Assembly (NCBI GenBank): GCA_963792215.1 | Contig: CAWBVL010000007.1 | Coordinates: forward strand, 134,230-198,229 | DNA length: 64,000 bases | Reading direction: 5' to 3' | Origin: an uncultured Actinomycetes bacterium | GTDB lineage: Bacteria > Actinomycetota > UBA4738 > HRBIN12 | In this document: positions 61,194 through 64,000 of the stretch, in pieces | Position numbering within the stretch: the first letter of the stretch is position 1 | Layout of the letters: each line of letters begins with the position of its first letter | Translations under genes and position numbers: made by a program | Notes under the pieces: model-generated | Told to the model about the DNA's origin: nothing | What the model saw: only the letters and a program-made list of their open reading frames with translations | Databases searched by the model: none

Positions 61194-61921
61194 TCGCGTC
61201 GACGAACTACGCCGCGGTCACGCTGATCGCCGCCGGGGGCGCGTTCATCGTGGGCATCATCGCGGTCGTCGCGCTTCGCCACCGCGCGAAGGGGAAGCGC
61301 GCCGAGGTCCCCGCGGGGATGCGGCCTGGGCCGTCGGACCAAGCGCTCGAGACGCCGCTCCTGCTCAAGCTGCAGGGCTGGGGCGTGGTGCTCGTCACGT
61401 TCTTCGTGCTGTGGTTCCCGGTGATGTGGCTCATCGAGCCGAACACGAACCTGAAGCAAGAGAACCAGCTCGTCACCGAGGCGATCGCACGCGGCCAGCT
61501 CGCGACCCAACCGTTCTCCGAAGAGAACGGCCTCGGTGTGGGCTGCGTCCGCTGCCACGGCAACGAGTTGCAGGGCGGTGTGATCAACGCGCTCGACGCG
61601 AAGGGGAACCCGATCCTCGCCTACCCGCCGAACCTCACCACGGTCTGCGGCGGACCGTTCTACAACCACCCCAACATCTTCAGCATCGACGACATCTTCC
61701 AGGTGATCCAGGAAGGCCGGGGTGCGATGCCGTCCTGGAGCATCCGGTATTCGGGCGCGCTCGACGATCAGCAGATCAACGACCTCGTGCTGTACCTGGT
61801 GCAGCTCAGCTCGCAGAACGTGTCGTTCGACAAGAACGTTTGCCTGAACAAGGCGGCGTCGGACAAGGCGCTCGCCGAGAACGCGAAGTCCGCCTCGCCA
61901 CTCGACCCGAGGGACCCGTAG
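61190..61921 (+). CDS. Membrane-anchored monoheme cytochrome c
   Basis: Two TM helices, CVRCHG, GAMPSW (Met ligand); ATGA overlap with the Rieske gene. Confidence 0.88.
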   Translation: MIASTNYAAVTLIAAGGAFIVGIIAVVALRHRAKGKRAEVPAGMRPGPSDQALETPLLLKLQGWGVVLVTFFVLWFPVMWLIEPNTNLKQENQLVTEAIARGQLATQPFSEENGLGVGCVRCHGNELQGGVINALDAKGNPILAYPPNLTTVCGGPFYNHPNIFSIDDIFQVIQEGRGAMPSWSIRYSGALDDQQINDLVLYLVQLSSQNVSFDKNVCLNKAASDKALAENAKSASPLDPRDP

Positions 61922-62668
61922 ATGGAGCAGCACTCCTGCCTGACGTTCGCCGTGGACTGCGGCGTGATGTTCAAGGGGATCGGCGTCGTGCTCGCCGGCT
62001 TCATCTTGTTCGTCGGGAGCGTCTACATGTTGCTCACCGCGATCTTCGGCCGGTACATGGCGTATCTCGTGGTCGCCGTGGCCTTCTTCGGATGGATGAC
62101 GATCCAGTCCGGCATCTGGCTGTTCGGGTTCTGGTCCCAAGGTCCTCAGACGAAGACGAACCTCGGACCGCGCGGGCCTGAGCCCGCCTGGGTGGTGGAC
62201 TCCGCCGGGCTGGATCCCGGCGCCACCCACGGGGAGCTCGCGTCGTATCCGAGCGGCGCGTATCCCGAACCCAACCCGAGCGACCCCGTGCAGGCCGCCG
62301 ATCTGCAGGCCGCAACGGGGGTCGTGACCACCTATCTGGCAGACACGGCCAATGCGCAGCTGGGCAACGACCCCTTGGACTACACGGCGCTGCAGCCCAC
62401 GCAATTCACGGTCGATGACCTGCGCTTCGTGACGGCCGAGGACGGGACGAAGCTCGCCGTCGCTCAGGCGCACTTCTTAGGCGGTGGGCCGAACACGATC
62501 GTGACGCTGCATTACAGCGGCGGGCAGGTGTGGCACTACTCGTTGATCTTCTTGATCGGGTCGGCGTTGCTGTTGATCGTGCACATCCCGTTGCTGGACC
62601 GCGCGGAGCGTTCGCGCAAGGAATTCCTGGTCGGTGGCACCGCGCCGCCGTGGTACGGACCGGCCTAA
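61922..62668 (+). CDS. Hypothetical three-TM membrane protein
   Basis: ATG directly after the cytochrome c TAG; two N-terminal and one C-terminal hydrophobic helix around an acidic domain. Confidence 0.75.
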   Translation: MEQHSCLTFAVDCGVMFKGIGVVLAGFILFVGSVYMLLTAIFGRYMAYLVVAVAFFGWMTIQSGIWLFGFWSQGPQTKTNLGPRGPEPAWVVDSAGLDPGATHGELASYPSGAYPEPNPSDPVQAADLQAATGVVTTYLADTANAQLGNDPLDYTALQPTQFTVDDLRFVTAEDGTKLAVAQAHFLGGGPNTIVTLHYSGGQVWHYSLIFLIGSALLLIVHIPLLDRAERSRKEFLVGGTAPPWYGPA

Positions 62669-62679
62669 CAGGAGGAACG

Positions 62680-62802
62680 ATGCTGCATCTGCTCGCCGCG
62701 CAGGAAGTGCCGATCTTCGATCAGGGAGCGATCCAGTTCATCCTGCTCGTGGTCATGATCCTGATCGTCTCGTTCCTGATCTGGCTCACGATCCCGCGCT
62801 GA
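62680..62802 (+). CDS. 40-aa single-TM small protein
   Basis: RBS AGGAGG ending 4 nt before the ATG; MLHLLAAQEVPIFDQGAIQFILLVVMILIVSFLIWLTIPR. Confidence 0.7.
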   Translation: MLHLLAAQEVPIFDQGAIQFILLVVMILIVSFLIWLTIPR

Positions 62803-63467
62803 CTTCGCGCGCCTCGGCGCCGCGCTGCTCGTAATACGCCAGGATCTGCAGCTCGACCGCGAGATCGACTTTCCGAACCGTCACGCCCTCCGGCACGGTC
62901 ACGACCGCCGGCGCGAAGTTCAGGATCGACCGCAAGCCCGCTTCGACCATCCGCTCCGCGACGTCCTGCGCGGCCGTGGCAGGTGTCGCGACCACCCCGA
63001 TGGCGATGGCTTCGTCTCGCACGAGACGCAGGCAGATCATCGAGGTCGCGCACCTCGAGGCCTTCGATCTGCATGCCACGCTTCGCGGGGTCGGTGTCGA
63101 CGAGCGCGGCGACGCGGAAGCCGCGCTCGGTGAAGCCGCGGTAATGCGCGAGTGCTTGGCCGAGGTTCCCGATGCCGGCGATCACGATCGCCCAGTGCTG
63201 GGTCAGGCCCAGCTGTTCTCGCACCTCGTGGATCAGATGCCAAACGTCATACCCGACGCCGCGCGTCCCGTAAGAGCCGAGATACGACAGGTCCTTTCGC
63301 ACCTTGGCCGAGGTGACGCCGGCGGCGTCCGCCAGGGCCTCGGACGAGACGGTCGCGTCGCCAGCGTCGGCGATGCTGACCAACGCTCGGAGATACAAGG
63401 GAAGCCGGGCGACGGTCGCGTCCGGGATCGCGCGCCTCGGCGCATCCGAACGTCCGTTCCCGGTCAC
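62786..63467 (-). CDS. rex: Redox-sensing transcriptional repressor Rex, apparent frameshift near 63027
   Basis: IPDATVARLPLYLR, VRKDLSYLGSYGTRGVGY, GIGNLGQAL; C-terminal ILNFAP...VDLAVELQIL in ORF 62786..63079. Confidence 0.93.
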
Positions 63468-63489
63468 CTCCGTAGCCTAGCCGCGCATC

Positions 63490-63726
63490 TCAGGCCTCGA
63501 CCGCGGCCCGGAATACGGCCGGATCGACCGAGATCTCGAACCGCTCCTCTCCGTCAACGGTGACCACGGGGATCCGGATCCCGTAGTCGCGGATCAACGC
63601 GTCGTCGGTCTCGATGTCGATCTCGGTGAAGTTGAACGGGGTCGTGCGGCGAACGTCTTCGATCACGCGCCGAGCCTCGTCGCACAGGTGACAACCGTCG
63701 CGCGCATACAGGACGACGCTGGTCAC
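63490..63726 (-). CDS. Glutaredoxin-like protein (DUF836)
   Basis: LYARDGCHLCDEA, YGIRIPVV. Confidence 0.87.
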   Translation of the reverse strand: MTSVVLYARDGCHLCDEARRVIEDVRRTTPFNFTEIDIETDDALIRDYGIRIPVVTVDGEERFEISVDPAVFRAAVEA

Positions 63727-63747
63727 GGCTGCCAGGATACGGATGCC

Positions 63748-64000
63748 ATGGCCGTCCAGGACACGACCGACGATCTCGAGCTGCACCGACGCCTGGCGGC
63801 CGGTGACCGGTCGGCGTTCGACGAGCTGTACCGGCGCTATGCAGCACAGGCTTACGGACTCGCCTACCGGGTGACCGGGCAGCAGATGCTTGCCCAAGAC
63901 GTCGTCCACGACGCCTTCATGGCGCTGTGGCGAGCTCCGGAGGCCTTCGACGCCCGACGAGGGTCGTTCCGGACTTTCTTCCTGTCGATGGTCCACCACC
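63748..64000 (+). CDS. ECF sigma-70 factor, 5' part, truncated by the window edge
   Basis: Manual translation MAVQDTTDDLELHRRLAAGDRSAFDELYRRY...AQDVVHDAFMALWRAPEAFDARRGSFRTF. Confidence 0.85.
   Translation, partial: MAVQDTTDDLELHRRLAAGDRSAFDELYRRYAAQAYGLAYRVTGQQMLAQDVVHDAFMALWRAPEAFDARRGSFRTFFLSMVHH

Noticed and set aside
57989-62802. b6f-like operon as evidence of photosynthesis
   Set aside because: No cytochrome f, reaction-centre or chlorophyll genes; split cytochrome b with heme ci also occurs in non-phototrophs such as Bacillus

Overview
High-GC bacterial chromosome segment, most consistent with a deep-branching Actinomycetota lineage (inference from gene content). About 1-18.6 kb is accessory and housekeeping DNA: an anti-sigma 3' end, two lactonase-family beta-propellers, a secreted beta-helix/CBM51 protein, a redoxin, an epoxide hydrolase, tRNA-Tyr, yajQ, two class III cyclases, and a PLP aminotransferase and decarboxylase. 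About 18.6-63.5 kb is one respiratory supercluster. It holds (i) an apparent ~26 kb minus-strand operon (menJ-like reductase, complete nuoA-N, polyprenyl synthase, then a second nuo set lacking D/E/F/G) behind a perfect Rex-type palindrome; (ii) a CtaA-CtaB fusion; (iii) a caa3-type oxidase operon that includes a membrane protein with three type-1 copper cupredoxin domains; (iv) system II cytochrome c maturation genes; (v) a b6f-like split cytochrome b/Rieske operon with a 2[4Fe-4S] ferredoxin and three unassigned membrane ORFs; and (vi) rex. Five genes carry single-base frameshifts (six in total), probably sequencing errors. No CRISPR array, integrase or transposase was seen. All calls come from reading motifs by eye; no database searches were run.
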